A DNA stretch of 64,000 nt, from NCBI GenBank assembly GCA_963845085.1, contig CAWJQI010000004.1, positions 288,001 through 352,000 on the forward strand, in the 5' to 3' direction. Below the pieces are notes generated by a model, which saw only the letters and a program-made list of their open reading frames with translations, had not been told where the DNA came from and did not search any database. The position numbers and the translations under genes were made by a program. How positions within the stretch are numbered: the stretch's first letter is position 1; the number at the start of each line of letters is the position of its first letter. Below are positions 1-9,867 of this stretch, in pieces. The DNA is from Candidatus Fermentibacterota bacterium. GTDB taxonomy: Bacteria; Fermentibacterota; Fermentibacteria; Fermentibacterales; JCC-6.

Positions 1-787
1 GGGAGGGAAGAAATGAGGCCGACGCTGCGGCTGCCTCGAGTTCCGCCCTTTCGAGGCCGATGCGGGAAGCATCGAGCGATGGGCTATTGCCCGTGTATTC
101 CGGCAGCGACGAAAATGCTGCCTCGTCCATGGGTTCGGGCACACCCGAGGTATCGACCGACAGCGACCGGTCGCCTGCGACCCCGGCCGCAACCCTCAGG
201 TCCGCCAGCGCGTTTTCATAGTCGGAAAGCCTCTCCATAACAGCGAGGCGGTCCCCGGTCTCCTGCACCCTTGCGCTGCTGAGATCGAGAGCATTTGCGG
301 CACCGAGTTCAAAGAGCATCCCGGCCCTTGAAAGAACAGCAGTGCTCCTCGTGTGGGCGGCCTCCGCCGAGCGTGCGAGCCCGCCCGCCTCGACCACCCT
401 GTAGAAGGCCCTGGCCACGGTCTGCTCTAGGGCGAGGATCGCAGCCTCCCGCTCAAGTTCCGTCTCCCTTCTCCCCAGCGATGCAGCCTGCGTTGTCCGC
501 ACACCGGCCAGACCGGCAAGAACGGGAAGCTCCTGGGAAAGAGAAAAGCCTGCGGAATAGGAAGCTGATTCCCGGTCGGCCCATGAATAGCCGCCTGCGG
601 CGGAGAAGTTGATTTTCGGAAGCAGCGCAGCCCTCGTGGTTATGAACGATGCCTCGGCCTGCATCCGCGATGCGGAAAGCTGTTCGACCACCGGCGAATT
701 CTCATGGGCAAGCCGCATCCACCCTTCAAGATCGAGCCCGGCCGGTGTTTCCGCCACCAGCGCCATCATCAGTAGAGAAACGAGCAT
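1..787 (-). CDS. TolC-family outer membrane efflux protein (3' end runs off the window)
   Basis: Translated by hand because it is absent from the ORF track. ATG at 787 gives MLVSLLMMALVAETPAGLDLEGWMRLAHENSP...ALLPKINFSA...VARAFYRV...MLFELGAANALDL, an OEP repeat pattern, open to position 1. Confidence 0.85.
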   Translation of the reverse strand, partial: MLVSLLMMALVAETPAGLDLEGWMRLAHENSPVVEQLSASRMQAEASFITTRAALLPKINFSAAGGYSWADRESASYSAGFSLSQELPVLAGLAGVRTTQAASLGRRETELEREAAILALEQTVARAFYRVVEAGGLARSAEAAHTRSTAVLSRAGMLFELGAANALDLSSARVQETGDRLAVMERLSDYENALADLRVAAGVAGDRSLSVDTSGVPEPMDEAAFSSLPEYTGNSPSLDASRIGLERAELEAAAASASFLPS

Positions 788-1290
788 GACGGCTCCTGGT
801 TCAAGGGCACAGCGGAGTGCAGGACAGTTGGTGTCCCGCCTGTCTCACAACCCTCCGCCGGCGCGGCTGCCACCGGCTCCTCCTGTACGCTCAGGCACAG
901 GCTGGTTTCAAGGGCCTTGTTCATCACGGCGAGTTCTTCGAAGGAAGGGCCCGTCCCGCCGGTTGCGAACGGGCTCCCGGAGAGCACGGCTTCCTCGCCG
1001 GGTCCGGGCCTCCCGTTCATGTCTGCGTCATGGAAAACAAGGATCACGTAGCTGCCGTGAGGCAGCCCTTCGATCTCGGCGTACGCCCTGTGGCCGAGGA
1101 TCGGGCAGGCAACGGTGCATAAAGCGTTTTCGGGATCGGGGGGAACCCCCCAGCCGTCCCTGTCGAAGAAGGCCACCAGGGCAATTCCATCCGAGGATGC
1201 AAACCCCGTGGCCTCGACGCTGAACGTTGTCACTGTCGGCGCGGCGACCTGAAGGATCACCGCAGCGGTTAAAGAAAGCATGTCCGCCAT
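769..1290 (-). CDS. DUF2141-family secreted protein
   Basis: Signal peptide; LPHGSYVILVFHDADMNG motif typical of DUF2141. Confidence 0.7.
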   Translation of the reverse strand: MADMLSLTAAVILQVAAPTVTTFSVEATGFASSDGIALVAFFDRDGWGVPPDPENALCTVACPILGHRAYAEIEGLPHGSYVILVFHDADMNGRPGPGEEAVLSGSPFATGGTGPSFEELAVMNKALETSLCLSVQEEPVAAAPAEGCETGGTPTVLHSAVPLNQEPSCSFLY

Positions 1291-1376
1291 CCCTTCGCTG
1301 GTTGCGAAGGGATGATACCGAAGCGTTGTTGCTCTTCTTTTTCAGCCCTGTAACAGAATGTAACGCCCCGGGGCGG

Positions 1377-3137
1377 CTACTCCCCCGCCACCCTGAAGAC
1401 CCGTTCCGTCATAAGGCCGGCTTCGCGAAGCACCTGCTGACGCCTGATCTTTTTGGTCGTCGTCTTGGGGAACTCGAGGTCACGAAGGATGAAGTTGGTT
1501 ATCCTCTTGAACAGGGGGTTCTGGGAGTTCACCCTGCCTATCTCGCCGCGTATCACCCCGAGGCCGAACTCCTCGGTCAGCTTCTCGCCGCGGCTTTCAG
1601 CAAGGCTTATCAGGGCGTCATAGTCGGGAAAGATGATGCACCAGATCTCCTCGCCCTTTGTCTCCGACACCCGGCCGAACACAAGGCTCTCGGAAATGTA
1701 GCCGCTCCGGTTGAGTATGTGCTCGAGTTCCTCGGGGTAGACGTTCTTCCCGTTCTTTGCCACGATGACGTTCTTCTTCCGGCCGGTCACACGGAGAATG
1801 CCGTTGCGGTAGATCCCGAAGTCACCGGTGCGGAACCAGCCGTCGGGCGAGAGGACCTCGGCGGTGGCCCTGGGGTCGTTGTGGTAGCCTATCATCACGT
1901 TGGGTCCCCTGACGAGTATCTCTCCGGCCCCCTCGGGGTCGGGGTCGACGATCTTCACCTCGACGTCGGGCAGGGGTGGGCCGACCGTGCCGGGTTCCCG
2001 AACATCGTACCGGCAGACTGCAACGATCGGTGAGCATTCCGTAAGCCCGTAACCCTGCAGCATCCTGATGCCCAGGTCGCCGAAGCCCTTCATCACCTGG
2101 GCGTCGAGCGCAGCGCCGCCCGAAACGAGGGTGCGGAGTTTGCCGCCGAAACGGTTATGGACCTGCGAGAAAACCTTCTTCCTTATGCCATGGCTTCCCA
2201 GCAGTTCACCGGCGCTGCAGAAAGCCTTCCCCAGGGCGAACTTGAAGCGGCCGCCCTTCATGCTTCTGATCTGCCCGATTATCCTCCGGTACATCCCCTC
2301 CCAGAGGAGAGGGACGCCCAGCATCAGTGTAATGCCGTTCTCGGCGAGATCTTCCAGGATGTATCTGAGCCCCCGCGCAACGACCACGGTGCAGCCGTGC
2401 TGAAGCGGGCAGAGGAAGCCGCACACGCACTCGTACATGTGATGGAAGGGAAGGACGGAAAGGAAAACCTCGTCGTTCTCGATGTAGGCCGACGAGAGCA
2501 TCATCTGGATGTCGCTCGTGATGTTGCGGTGAGAGAGCACCACGCCCTTGGCAGCACCCATCGTTCCGGAGGTGTACGAGATTACCGCCACATCGTTGGA
2601 GTCGATGTCGGAAGGCAGCAGGTTGCCCGCCCTGCCTCCGCCCGAAAGCACCTGTCCGAAGGTCTGGAAGTGCTGCGATTCGCTGCAGTTCATCACTATG
2701 TACCGGCTGCAGCCGGTTTTACCGTCGTGTGCACCACCCAGCACGGCCTCCTGGAAGCTGCTGTCGAACACGAAGATGCCGGCGCCCGAGTAGTGGATGA
2801 TCGCGCTTATGTCGGAAGGGGGGAGTTCCTTGTCTATCGGCACGACCACCCCGCCCGCCTTCAGGGTTCCAAGGAAAGCCACCGCCCATTGGATGCAGTT
2901 CCTGCCGCAGATGGCGACAACCGGCTTGCCTCCCGTTTCCAGGAGTCCGCGGGCGAAGTCTTCGGCCATCTCATGAATGCGCCGGAAGGAAACCTCTGCG
3001 GTCTTCCCGTCCGGGGAGGGCTCCCGCATGAACACCCTGTCCCCCCACCTGGCCGCCGAAGCGTCAAGCATCCCGGGAATGGTATCGAACCGCTCTATAT
3101 CCCTAAGAGGACCGCCTGGAAACGAAGACCTGCTCAT
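1377..3137 (-). CDS. fadD: Long-chain fatty-acid-CoA ligase (AMP-binding enzyme)
   Basis: YTSGTMGAAKG P-loop, QGYGLTE, GWFRTGD and GRKKNVIV..NGKNVYPEELE motifs. Confidence 0.88.
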   Translation of the reverse strand: MSRSSFPGGPLRDIERFDTIPGMLDASAARWGDRVFMREPSPDGKTAEVSFRRIHEMAEDFARGLLETGGKPVVAICGRNCIQWAVAFLGTLKAGGVVVPIDKELPPSDISAIIHYSGAGIFVFDSSFQEAVLGGAHDGKTGCSRYIVMNCSESQHFQTFGQVLSGGGRAGNLLPSDIDSNDVAVISYTSGTMGAAKGVVLSHRNITSDIQMMLSSAYIENDEVFLSVLPFHHMYECVCGFLCPLQHGCTVVVARGLRYILEDLAENGITLMLGVPLLWEGMYRRIIGQIRSMKGGRFKFALGKAFCSAGELLGSHGIRKKVFSQVHNRFGGKLRTLVSGGAALDAQVMKGFGDLGIRMLQGYGLTECSPIVAVCRYDVREPGTVGPPLPDVEVKIVDPDPEGAGEILVRGPNVMIGYHNDPRATAEVLSPDGWFRTGDFGIYRNGILRVTGRKKNVIVAKNGKNVYPEELEHILNRSGYISESLVFGRVSETKGEEIWCIIFPDYDALISLAESRGEKLTEEFGLGVIRGEIGRVNSQNPLFKRITNFILRDLEFPKTTTKKIRRQQVLREAGLMTERVFRVAGE

Positions 3138-3224
3138 GGAACCCTTTCCGTTCGAAAAACCCCTTGAGAGTTAAAGAATACAGTGACGCAGCACCGAAAA
3201 CAACGGGGAACTGCGCGCGAAGTG

Positions 3225-4136
3225 TCACCTCATGAGCTCGGACAGGTTGAAGTCGACCCAGAAGAGGCCGCACTCCTGCTGTGTCTGCCCGGCGAGTGCC
3301 GCGCCTATGGCAGTCGGCGGGGAGTCGAGCGTTTCCCACCACACCCTGTCGCTCTCGTACCCGTACTGGAAGAACACGCGGTTCGGATGGAATGCCCCTG
3401 CCCACTCCCCTGCCGCCGCAAGGAATGTGTTCATATCGGCAAACCCCTGCCCGTCGTCGACGAAGATGATGTCACCCCGGAAGGAGGGCGGCATGAATCC
3501 TGAATCCCAGTGCTTAAGGAAAAGGTCATAACCTGCATCATGCGAGGCGACAAGGCTGTCCCACAGCATCGCTGCGGAGTCGCTGACGGGAACTCCCGTC
3601 CCGCCCTCCGTCACGTTCCCGTACCACTCCACGTCCACGCCGAACCCGGCAACACAGGGGTGGCTGCCGTACCTGTCAAGCACGAGGTCGACAAGGGTCG
3701 GAACATCAGCGAAGCCCGGTTCCACCTGAAGGAACACCCTGACGCCGTGGCTGTCGAACCAGGTCAGGTATTCCTCGTGCATGTCCTCTTCCGAAAAACT
3801 GATGTGCGGATAGGATGTTCCGCCCGAGGGGAACTCGAGGTTCACCCCGCCCACACCCTCGTCAATCGTGCCGACTATCCAGAGCGCTGCGGGAGCGGAG
3901 CCCTGAAATGCATCCGACATGACCCTGATGCAGGCCTCCCAGGTGGCGGGGTCGGGGAACGGATCGACGCCGTAGCTCGATGAGCGCACCCCCGCAAAAC
4001 CCACGCCGTCTTCAGTGCCGGGACCGCTCGGTGACTGCGGACCGCAGCCCGCGGCAAGCATGATGGCAAGCGCTGCGGCTGCGAGGAGTGCCCTTGCGGG
4101 GGCCGTCATCCCGATGGAAATTGCTGCAACTGCCAT
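3225..4136 (-). CDS. Hypothetical lipoprotein, possibly TIM-barrel glycoside-hydrolase-like
   Basis: Lipobox LAAGC; VFLQVEPG, GFGVDVEW and LFLKHW segments suggest a (beta/alpha)8 fold. Start reassigned to ATG 4136. Confidence 0.55.
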   Translation of the reverse strand: MAVAAISIGMTAPARALLAAAALAIMLAAGCGPQSPSGPGTEDGVGFAGVRSSSYGVDPFPDPATWEACIRVMSDAFQGSAPAALWIVGTIDEGVGGVNLEFPSGGTSYPHISFSEEDMHEEYLTWFDSHGVRVFLQVEPGFADVPTLVDLVLDRYGSHPCVAGFGVDVEWYGNVTEGGTGVPVSDSAAMLWDSLVASHDAGYDLFLKHWDSGFMPPSFRGDIIFVDDGQGFADMNTFLAAAGEWAGAFHPNRVFFQYGYESDRVWWETLDSPPTAIGAALAGQTQQECGLFWVDFNLSELMR

Positions 4137-4209
4137 GAATGTCCCCCTTTTCTGCTTCCGCTGCGAACAGCCCGTTCCGCCACCGGCATCAGACAAACGC
4201 AGCCCTTCC

Positions 4210-5049
4210 TCACCTCCGGGAATCATTCGGAGAACCCGGCAACTGAGCCCCGTGCATGTGCACGTCGCTCTGGGGGAAGGGGATGGTTATGCCCTCGGCG
4301 TCGAAGCGCTTCTTGATCTCCTCATGAAGGTGGAAATAAACATCCCAGTAGTCCTGCGTTTTTACCCACGGACGTACCGCGAAATTGACGCTGCTCTCGG
4401 CCAGATCAAGCACGCCGATGACCGGGGCGGGGTCCTTCAGTATCCTGCCGTCGGCCTGGAGGATGCCCTCGAGAACCTTGCGAACCCTGTCCAGGTTGTC
4501 GGCATAGCTGACCCCGACGACGATGTCAACGCGGCGTTCCTCCTTGGCCGAGTAGTTCGTGATGTTGTCTGTCACGAGCTTGCCGTTCGGCACGATTACC
4601 TTCTTGTTGTCGGGAGTTCGCAGGTCGGTCGTGAAGATGCCTATGGCCTCGACGATGCCGGCCGTGCCTCCCCCTTCGATGAAGTCGCCCACCTTGAACG
4701 GTTTGAAGATCACCATGAGCACGCCTGCCGCGAAGTTGGACAGCGACCCCTGGAGGGCAAGGCCAATGGCAAGGCCCACGGCTCCCAGGATGGCCACGAA
4801 CGAAGCGGTCTGGACCCCGAGCTGGCTCAGGGCGGCAATGATGACCAGCGCCAGCACGGCCACGTAGGACAGGCTGCATGCGAACGACACCAGCGTCTCG
4901 TCGACGCTGTGCTTTCTGAGAAGTCTTCTGAGCACCTTCCTTGTGCCCCTGGCCGCCAGTCGGCCCAGGAACAGAATGACCGCTGCGCCGATGACCTTGA
5001 GCCCGTAAAGCGCGACCCACTCCCTGAGGGTGTTGAGAACCAGCTCCAC
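4210..5049 (-). CDS. mscS: Small-conductance mechanosensitive channel
   Basis: GLAIGLALQGSLSNFAAG, PFKVGDFI and IPFPQ motifs. Confidence 0.95.
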   Translation of the reverse strand: MELVLNTLREWVALYGLKVIGAAVILFLGRLAARGTRKVLRRLLRKHSVDETLVSFACSLSYVAVLALVIIAALSQLGVQTASFVAILGAVGLAIGLALQGSLSNFAAGVLMVIFKPFKVGDFIEGGGTAGIVEAIGIFTTDLRTPDNKKVIVPNGKLVTDNITNYSAKEERRVDIVVGVSYADNLDRVRKVLEGILQADGRILKDPAPVIGVLDLAESSVNFAVRPWVKTQDYWDVYFHLHEEIKKRFDAEGITIPFPQSDVHMHGAQLPGSPNDSRR

Positions 5050-5094
5050 CTATGACCTCCCGAGTTCAGCCATTCAGGGGGCGGGGCCCTGCAT

Positions 5095-6597
5095 CTACCG
5101 GCCCTTCAGCACCCCGGCGACCTTTTCCAAAAGGCCGGTCACCGAGAACGGCTTTCTTATGAAATTGATCGAGTCGGGCGAGAAGCCCTGGCTCGTGATG
5201 ACACCGCTTGCGTAACCCGACATGAAGAGCACCTTCGCTTCAGAGTGGGTTTCGAGGATCGCCCGGTACACTTCGGGGCCTTTCATCCCCGGCATGACCA
5301 TGTCGGTCAGAACCAGCGTGACGGGCTCGCTCTGTTCCTTCGCCATCCGCACCGCCTCGTCGGTGGAGTCCGGAACAAGGACCCTGTAGCCGGCGCTCTC
5401 AAGGATTCCGGCGGCGAGGTTCCTCACGATGGGCTCATCCTCGATGACCATCACCGTGGCCGAGCCGGCGGCAGGTTTCTCCTCCGGGGCGCGTTCATCC
5501 CTTCCTTCAAGCTCTTCGACCGGTGCCGCCGGGAGGAGGATGGTGAACGTCGAACCCTGGCCGGGCTGGCTTTCCACCTGAATGCTGCCGCCATGCTGCT
5601 TCACGATTCCGTAGACGGTGGAAAGCCCGAGCCCCGTTCCCTTCTCCTGCGGCTTGGTGGTGAAGAAGGGCTCGAAGATGTTCCGAAGGAGCTCCGGGCT
5701 CATTCCGATACCCTGGTCGCTGACCCTGATGAACGCCTGCCCGACTGTCCCCGCCCCTGTCTCCGGGCCGCCGGCATCAGCATCCGGATCGCAACGGCCG
5801 GACTCGATGGTGAGGATGCCCCCGTCGGGCATGGCGTCACGTGCGTTGATGGCCAGATTCATGATGACCTGTTCCAGCTGGGACTTGTCGGCCTTCACGG
5901 GGAGGGGATCGGCCGGGAGAAGCATCTCGAGCACGATGTCATCGCCGAGTGTGCGTCTGAGAAGGTTCGTCAGGCCGGTGAGCACGGAATTGACGTCGAG
6001 TGTTCTGATCTCGAGAACCTGCCTTCTGCTGAAGGCCACGAGCTGCCTTGTGAGGTCCCTTGCCTTGCACCCGGCATCGAGTATGGCTTCAAGGCCGCTT
6101 CTGACCCTGTCCGACGATCCCTCCTCCAGAAGCAGCAGCTCGCAGTAACCGAGAACGACCGACAACAGGTTGTTGAAATCGTGCGCAACGCCGCCCGCAA
6201 GCCTCCCCACAGCCTCCATCTTGCGGGCCTGCAAAAGCTGCTCGAGAAGCCCGGCCCTCTCCGTGGTGTCGCGGATGAAGCCGCCAACGCCCGTCCTTCC
6301 GTCCCCGAGGTGTACCGGGAACTTGCGGACCTCGAATGTGCTTGCGCCTATCGTTTCGGATGAGATGACGAGGCTGTTCCCCCTGATCGCCGCGAGGTCG
6401 CTCTCACGGCATGCAGCCGCGGCCTCCTCCGGGAGAAGTTCGGAATCGGAAAGGCCGACCACCTCTTCCGGCGTTCTTCCCAGGTACTTCGCATTGGCGT
6501 TGTTGACGAACAGGTAGCGCAGGTGTTCGTCCTTCAGAAACGCCATGTCGTCTATGGCGTTCAGCAGGGCTGCGCTCAGCCTGTCATCGTACCCCAA
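5095..6597 (-). CDS. PAS-domain hybrid histidine kinase / receiver (CckA-like architecture)
   Basis: PAS_4; H-box LAGGVAHDFNNLL; N-box NLAINARDAM; FEPFFTTK and GTGLGLS; C-terminal REC with LTDMVMP. Confidence 0.93.
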   Translation of the reverse strand: MGYDDRLSAALLNAIDDMAFLKDEHLRYLFVNNANAKYLGRTPEEVVGLSDSELLPEEAAAACRESDLAAIRGNSLVISSETIGASTFEVRKFPVHLGDGRTGVGGFIRDTTERAGLLEQLLQARKMEAVGRLAGGVAHDFNNLLSVVLGYCELLLLEEGSSDRVRSGLEAILDAGCKARDLTRQLVAFSRRQVLEIRTLDVNSVLTGLTNLLRRTLGDDIVLEMLLPADPLPVKADKSQLEQVIMNLAINARDAMPDGGILTIESGRCDPDADAGGPETGAGTVGQAFIRVSDQGIGMSPELLRNIFEPFFTTKPQEKGTGLGLSTVYGIVKQHGGSIQVESQPGQGSTFTILLPAAPVEELEGRDERAPEEKPAAGSATVMVIEDEPIVRNLAAGILESAGYRVLVPDSTDEAVRMAKEQSEPVTLVLTDMVMPGMKGPEVYRAILETHSEAKVLFMSGYASGVITSQGFSPDSINFIRKPFSVTGLLEKVAGVLKGR

Positions 6598-6603
6598 GGG
6601 CGC

Positions 6604-7708
6604 CTACGGTTTCAGCGGTCTGATGGTCCGAAGCACCGTATAGAGAAGTGCGGTCCCCCCGAATGCGGCTGCGGCGTACATTGCCCAGCCGGCTTCAGGC
6701 GAGCTTCCGATGAGCGCGAGAACCAGCGGCGATGATAACGAAGAGAATGTCGAAGTTGATTATACGGGCGAGCTTTCCCACAGGGTATTCGGCTGCCATC
6801 ACTTCGCCGTTCGCGGCGCTGAGAAGCGCCCGGTACTGCTTTCCGCCGTAGCTGTAGGAGAGGAGCCAGAGCGGAAGGTATACGAGGTCGACCTTTGAGA
6901 CCTCGACCGTGGTGTCGCAGTCGGAGATGGTCGTGGCACAGCTCTCCGCCCTCTTTGCGTGGCGGTCGATTATGCGGCTCCGCGCGTTGGCCTCGGCCCT
7001 TTCCTGGGTGATCTGGCCGTTTACCAGGTTCTTCTCCATCCCCGATTCCTTCACCTTGTCGATCGAGAAGGGAACGGTTCCCTCGAGAAGGTTCCTGTTG
7101 GGGGCCGCCGCGCTGCCGCCGAGTTTGAGGAAGAACTTGCCCCAGTCGGCGTGGACGTTCAGCTTCCCTGGCTCAAGCATGTCTATGCCCCAGAACTCGG
7201 TAGTTTTCTCCCTGGCGTAGACGGGCCATGTGAAGTCCTCGGTGAACCGGCCGCTCGCGGGCTCCCAGTAGGTTTCCGTCTTCTTGCTGTCGCCGGTGCC
7301 GACCGTTCTGGTCTTCCTGTTCTGCCCCCGCCAGGAGGTGGAGGCATGCGAAGTGACAATCCAGTAGGGGAGCACCAGAGGCTGGTCGTCTTTGATTGAG
7401 GCCGCTGCGGGAAGGTCTTTCGGCTTCCGGAAGCCCTTCTGCATCCACTTGCGGAGGGCTGTGCCGGCCATGCCGGCGTTGAGTTCGGGGCTGAGCATGT
7501 AGTGCGAATCAACCCTGATAATGTTGTCGAGCCCTGCGAGCATGGTCGTTGTTCCGCAGTAGGAACAGGTTATGACCGCCTCGCCCTCCATGTAGGACAG
7601 CGGCGCCCCGCAGTTGGAGCAGCTGATCTCCTTCCCGTTGAGGGCCGATTTCTTAGGCTGCTGGGAAGTATCCTGCTGAACGTTTTCCTGGACGGTTCCC
7701 TCTTCCAC
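6604..7708 (-). CDS. Zinc-ribbon membrane-anchored protein (one apparent frameshift near 6727)
   Basis: GTG at 7708 after a GGAG RBS; CSNCGAP...CSYCG ribbon; YLPLWLLSYSYGGKQY motif. A +1 shift near 6727 restores the TM tail LVLALIG...TALLYTVLRTIRPLKP ending at TAG 6604-6606. Confidence 0.65.
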
Positions 7709-7799
7709 GACTCCACCCCTTTTCACATGCATTTCATGGCTGGTTTTCCGAATTATGACGCGGAAAGACGAAAAGGAAAAGGGGAAGGGCTCTGAGGGC

Positions 7800-7829
7800 A
7801 AAGGAAAGGGGGCGCCGGATGGCGCCCCC
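7800..7829 (-). terminator. Intrinsic terminator after the porin gene
   Basis: 9-bp stem GGGGGCGCC/GGCGCCCCC with a 4-nt loop, followed by TTTCCTTT on the minus strand. Confidence 0.8.
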
Positions 7830-7845
7830 GAAGGTTCGGAAATGG

Positions 7846-8904
7846 CTAGAAGTTCATCCGCCAGTTGGCGTAGATGTCGGTGTAGCCTTCGAGCATTCTC
7901 ATCCTCGAAGCCGTAGTTGCGGCCGCCGAGCTGAAGCGTGTTCTTCTCGCTGAAGAGGTCGAGGTTCACGCAGAAGTCGATGGCGGTGGAGTTGTCTTCA
8001 GTTTCCTCGCCATATGCCATCGGGCTGAACGTCTCGTAGCGAAGGGCCGGGCGGACCGCCTGGATGGCGTCGGAACCGGTTTCGAAGTTGACGTCGAGCG
8101 CGAAGATCATGGCGCTGCCGTCGATCTGGTCGACGCCTTCAACTTCGGCGCCAACCTGGCCGAGGCTGAGGTACTCGCCCGAGAACTGGAGGCCGACGGT
8201 TTCGGCCACGGGGTACTTGGCAACGGCGTAGGCGTCGATGCCCATGCTGCTCCAGCTGTCAACGGTGATTGTTGTCAAGAATCAATAACAACCTCATGCT
8301 CAGGCGCGCCGACCATGGCAACGCTGGCGCCGACATTCAGCCACTCCATGGGGCTTGCAACAGCCCTGGCGGTGAACTGGTTGTTTACGTTGTTCTCGGC
8401 AGTGTTGTTGTCGCCGGTGCCGTTGGTGAGTGCGAGGTCGAAATCGACGGCGTCGAGGTCGACGACGAGGCAGGCGCCTATGTCACGGCCGCCGTAAACA
8501 TTGAAGTTGGGGTGGCCGGCGGTTGCGGCCCTGCTGCCGAACGGCATGGTGCTGCTGGGAAGGGTGTAGGCGTAGCCGAAGGGCACCTTGAACTGGCCGC
8601 CCCTGAGGGCCACGTTCTCGGTGAGGTGGAGGTTGAGGAAAAGGTCGGTGAGCTTGAAGTTGCCGCTGTTGCTGTAGAGCTCGATGGAGAACTGGCCGTC
8701 GACGTACTCGTTGAGGGTGGGAAGCCAGTCGATGATGGCGCATGAGCTCATGTTGTTGTCGGGATCAATGTTCTCGGTTCCGTAAAAATCCCACCTGAAG
8801 CTGCCCGTTCCCTTGAACTTGAGAAGCTCGGACCCCCCGGTGGAGAACTCACCGGCTGCGAATGCCAGCGCGCTGAGAATCATGACGAATGCAAGTGCCT
8901 TCAT
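7846..8904 (-). CDS. OprO/OprP-like porin (two apparent frameshifts, near 8277 and 7894)
   Basis: Signal peptide MKALAFVMIL; GQFKVPFG and GRDIG motifs. Continues in a second frame from 8278 to ~7895, then returns to the first frame to end LEGYTDIYANWRMNF* with a C-terminal Phe beta-signal. Confidence 0.75.
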
Positions 8905-8960
8905 TCTATTCAGCCCCTTCTGTTCGATGATTGCCGGTCTTCCGGCGAACACTCGGCGGG

Positions 8961-8990
8961 ATTATATATGCTTTGAATGCAACCCTGCAA
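8961..8990 (-). promoter_or_regulatory. Putative sigma70 promoter of the porin
   Basis: TTGCAG-N18-TATAAT on the minus strand; the -10 ends 57 bp upstream of ATG 8904. Confidence 0.55.
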
Positions 8991-9024
8991 GTCAACACGC
9001 TTCATATCGTTGGGAGACAACCTG

Positions 9025-9867
9025 ATGACCGGAATGCCCCCTGCCGTCTTTCTTCTGTTCGCGGGCCTTTTCGGCCTTGCCGTGGGAAGTTTCCTCAATG
9101 TGGTCGCATGGAGGGTGCCGCTCGGCCGGTCGATAGTGCGCCCCGGCAGCGCCTGCCCGTCCTGCGGAACGCCCATCGCGCCGCATGACAACATTCCGGT
9201 TCTCAGCTGGCTTCTTCTCAGGGGAAAATGCCGTTCCTGCGGGGCTTCGATATCGATCCTGTACCCGCTTGTCGAACTCGCCACCGGGCTCATATTCTTG
9301 GCGGCCGCCCTCAAAACGGGCATGACGCCCCTCTTCCTTCACCACGCAGTCTTCCTCGCGCTGATGGTTCTCGCCCTGAGAACCGACCTCGAACACTTCA
9401 TCATCCTTGATTCGGTTTCGGTCGGGGGAACAGCCGCAGGGCTCTGTCTTTCACTCGTTCCGGGCGCACCCGGCATAATCCCGGCCCTTCTCTCAGCGGG
9501 CGGGGCCTTTCTGTTCTTCCTTCTCATAAGGGCCTTCTCGGTCGCGTACCTGAGGTCGCGGAAGGTAAGGGTCGAGGCGCCCGAGGGGTTCGAGGACGAG
9601 GAGGAGGATTTCCAGTCAGGGCTGGGCTGGGGTGACGTGAAGCTTGCCGCCTGCCTGGGCGCTTTCCTCGGCCCCGGACCGGGAACGGCCGGGCTCTTCA
9701 TCTCGTTCCTTTTCGGGGCCTTGACCGGCGTTGTCATACTTCTCAGGGGGGGCCGCCGGACGAGGCCGATACCGTTCGGCCCCTTCATGGCGGTCGGGGG
9801 GGCGGCAGCGCTCTTCTTCGGCGAAACCCTCTGGAATGCCTACAGCGGCTTCGGGTTCTACCGCTGA
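9025..9867 (+). CDS. pilD: Prepilin peptidase / N-methyltransferase (A24A)
   Basis: GSFLNVVAWRVP, CPSC...CRSC zinc site, catalytic Asp in DLEH and GWGDVKL, IPFGPF; GGGAG RBS before ATG 9025. Confidence 0.92.
   Translation: MTGMPPAVFLLFAGLFGLAVGSFLNVVAWRVPLGRSIVRPGSACPSCGTPIAPHDNIPVLSWLLLRGKCRSCGASISILYPLVELATGLIFLAAALKTGMTPLFLHHAVFLALMVLALRTDLEHFIILDSVSVGGTAAGLCLSLVPGAPGIIPALLSAGGAFLFFLLIRAFSVAYLRSRKVRVEAPEGFEDEEEDFQSGLGWGDVKLAACLGAFLGPGPGTAGLFISFLFGALTGVVILLRGGRRTRPIPFGPFMAVGGAAALFFGETLWNAYSGFGFYR

Noticed and set aside
8275..8277. TGA readthrough or selenocysteine in the porin
   Set aside because: The same frame gives non-porin sequence and another TGA; porin-like sequence continues only in the shifted frame.
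6695..8278. 527-aa ORF as a single fusion protein
   Set aside because: It is a chimera of the frameshifted porin C-terminus, a terminator-containing spacer and a separate zinc-ribbon gene with its own RBS and GTG at 7708.
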